A DNA stretch of 26,271 nucleotides, from positions 1 to 26,271 of the forward strand of contig JAKAFF010000001.1 in assembly GCA_021818045.1 (NCBI GenBank). Reading direction: 5' to 3'. This document shows, piece by piece, positions 24,663 to 26,271 of the stretch. The notes beneath the pieces are model-generated. The model had not been told where the DNA came from. It was given only the letters and a program-made list of their open reading frames with translations, and did no database searches. This stretch comes from a bacterium. GTDB lineage: Bacteria > Chlamydiota > Chlamydiia > Chlamydiales > SM23-39. The translations under genes were made by a program, and so were the position numbers. The stretch's first letter is position 1. Every line of letters begins with the position of its first letter.

Positions 24663-25735
24663 AAAATTTTTTGCTTCGTTTACTAGTCCGCCTTTTTCGC
24701 AAATCTCCCAACCCCACCCATCAGCGCATCCTGATCATCTCCACCACCGCTCTAGGGGACACTCTTTGGGCCGCCCCCGCTATTGAAAGCCTGCGCCAAA
24801 GCTGTCCAGCCGCCTACATCGCCGTCCTCACTAGCCCGACCGGCCAACAAGTGCTTGCCCACAACCCCCACATCGACCGCATTTATCCCCTCAAACTCAC
24901 CCTCCTTCCCACCCTCATCCGCGAGCGCTTCGACACCGTCCTCCTGTTCCATGCCTCGCAGCGCATCGCCCTTCCCCTTGCAGCTCTCCTTGGAGCCACC
25001 CGCATCATCGGCACCATGGGCCTCAACAAAGGACTCGACGACCTCCTCACCCACCCCCTTCCCAACATCCCACAGCACGAAATCACCCGCCGCCTGCAGA
25101 TCATCAGCGCTTATGGAGCCACCCCCACCACGCAAACCCTCTCCTTTTATCTCCAACCCCATGAACAGCTCTCCCGAAGCACACCATCGCTTGCGCGACC
25201 ATCTCCTCATCAAAACTCCATCCTACGCATTGCGCTTCATCCTGGATCCAAAGACCCATACAAGCGCTGGCCATCGGATCAATTCATCCAACTAGGCCGA
25301 AAGCTCAAGCAAAAATACGACTGTGAATTATGGATTACGGCAGCCGCAAGCGAAGCCACGCTTGCGCAGCACGTCGCGGCAAACATTCCTGAAGCACGCC
25401 TTGCCCCGCAAGACCTACCTTTGCGCGCCTTCGCTGCGTTTCTCAACGAAATGGATCTATTGATTTGCAATGACACAGGGCCCTTTCATCTAGCATGCGC
25501 CCTCAACCGGCAGGTAATTGGCATCTATGCCGCAACCGATCCGGCCCTTTGCGGACCCCACCGAGCGCCCAATGCCCGAGTCATTGCGCGCCGTCCCTGT
25601 TGCACCCCATGTCTAAAAAGAAAATGCCGCCAGCCCTTCTGCCTCCTGCAAATTGGAGTACATGAAGTACTTGCGGCTATTGAAACCCTACAATGTATAG
25701 AATCTCGATCCCTCCTCCCACTCAATACTTACTGA
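24659..25735 (+). CDS. Glycosyltransferase family 9 (ADP-heptose:LPS heptosyltransferase-like)
   Basis: RILIISTTALGDTLWAAPAIESLR, ALHPGSKDPYKRWP, ICNDTGPFHLACAL; ATGA overlap with carB. Confidence 0.92.
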   Translation: MKNFLLRLLVRLFRKSPNPTHQRILIISTTALGDTLWAAPAIESLRQSCPAAYIAVLTSPTGQQVLAHNPHIDRIYPLKLTLLPTLIRERFDTVLLFHASQRIALPLAALLGATRIIGTMGLNKGLDDLLTHPLPNIPQHEITRRLQIISAYGATPTTQTLSFYLQPHEQLSRSTPSLARPSPHQNSILRIALHPGSKDPYKRWPSDQFIQLGRKLKQKYDCELWITAAASEATLAQHVAANIPEARLAPQDLPLRAFAAFLNEMDLLICNDTGPFHLACALNRQVIGIYAATDPALCGPHRAPNARVIARRPCCTPCLKRKCRQPFCLLQIGVHEVLAAIETLQCIESRSLLPLNTY

Positions 25736-25740
25736 ACGGG

Positions 25741-26271
25741 TTAGGAGCTAACCGCCCTTCTGGGCACTATGTTATTAGCTGCAAGTGTGCCCTGGCGTGC
25801 AGATTGCGATAATTGCACTATCGATGCACTCCATCGCTCAAACCATTGTTTATGCTTCGTTAGGAGCTCCTCTGAACAGGAATCGCTCTGAACCTCACTC
25901 TGTATCTCCTGTAAACTCTGCAGCCATTTCTGCGGCTGAAAGTTCTTACGTATGGCATTTAATTGCCCGCAAAACACTTCAATCTGCGCCGATAATTCCC
26001 CCGAGGTTGCGCTGCGCAACAACCGAGATACACGTTGTGCTGCTCGATCTATGGCGTGACTAAACTCCTGTATTTCTGGTGGGAAGTGGTCCCCCTTAAA
26101 CGACTCGAAGAGCGCGATTGACTCATTTAGTTCTTTTAAAAACACCCGTTTGTCTTCAACAAAACGCTCCGTTGCTCTTCTCTCCGCCGCTTGAGCCGCC
26201 TCCAAAGATGCTGCCGCCTGTCTCTGTCCCATCCATCGTGCACCTAGAAAACCTGCAGTACCAACTCCTAA
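25741..26271 (-). CDS. Hypothetical protein, 5' truncated; end of a hydrophobic segment followed by a helical/coiled-coil domain (IncA-like layout)
   Basis: The frame stays open upstream of ATG 26232 to the window end (LGVGTAGFLGARW-MGQRQ...); the downstream part is Ala/Gln/Glu-rich and helical. Confidence 0.72.
   Translation of the reverse strand, partial: LGVGTAGFLGARWMGQRQAAASLEAAQAAERRATERFVEDKRVFLKELNESIALFESFKGDHFPPEIQEFSHAIDRAAQRVSRLLRSATSGELSAQIEVFCGQLNAIRKNFQPQKWLQSLQEIQSEVQSDSCSEELLTKHKQWFERWSASIVQLSQSARQGTLAANNIVPRRAVSS

Noticed and set aside
25739-25753. GGTTAG-GAG-CTAACC hairpin between convergent genes
   Set aside because: Only a 6-bp stem with a 3-nt loop and no U-tract.

Overview
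Bacterial chromosome segment, most likely from an environmental member of the phylum Chlamydiae. Evidence: fusA directly followed by rpsJ; rodA-birA-nifU-nifS-gpmA-rluB cluster; DUF47-pit pair; hemH near an fliY-like binding protein; a Pom-like porin; Inc-like proteins. The backbone is housekeeping: fusA (3' part), rpsJ, rodA, birA, nifU/nifS-like, gpmA, rluB, DUF47, pit, glgP, hemH, carAB and a GT9 glycosyltransferase. An accessory block at about 7.7-12.95 kb holds four elements: (1) an apparently orphan TpsB (ShlB/FhaC) transporter coupled to a secreted FecR-domain protein; (2) a divergent secreted YVTN beta-propeller; (3) a GxxExxY gene remnant; (4) a candidate host-prenylated effector ending in CCAIQ (CaaX), followed by a 102-bp TA-flanked MITE-like element with perfect 30-bp inverted repeats. 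Other notable signals are a NifS/NifU pair lacking its canonical catalytic residues, a eukaryote/Bacteroidetes-type carbamoyl-phosphate synthetase, and recurrent -10 boxes placed so transcripts would be leaderless or nearly so. No rRNA, tRNA or CRISPR array was seen. All family assignments come from motifs recognised by eye; no database searches were run.
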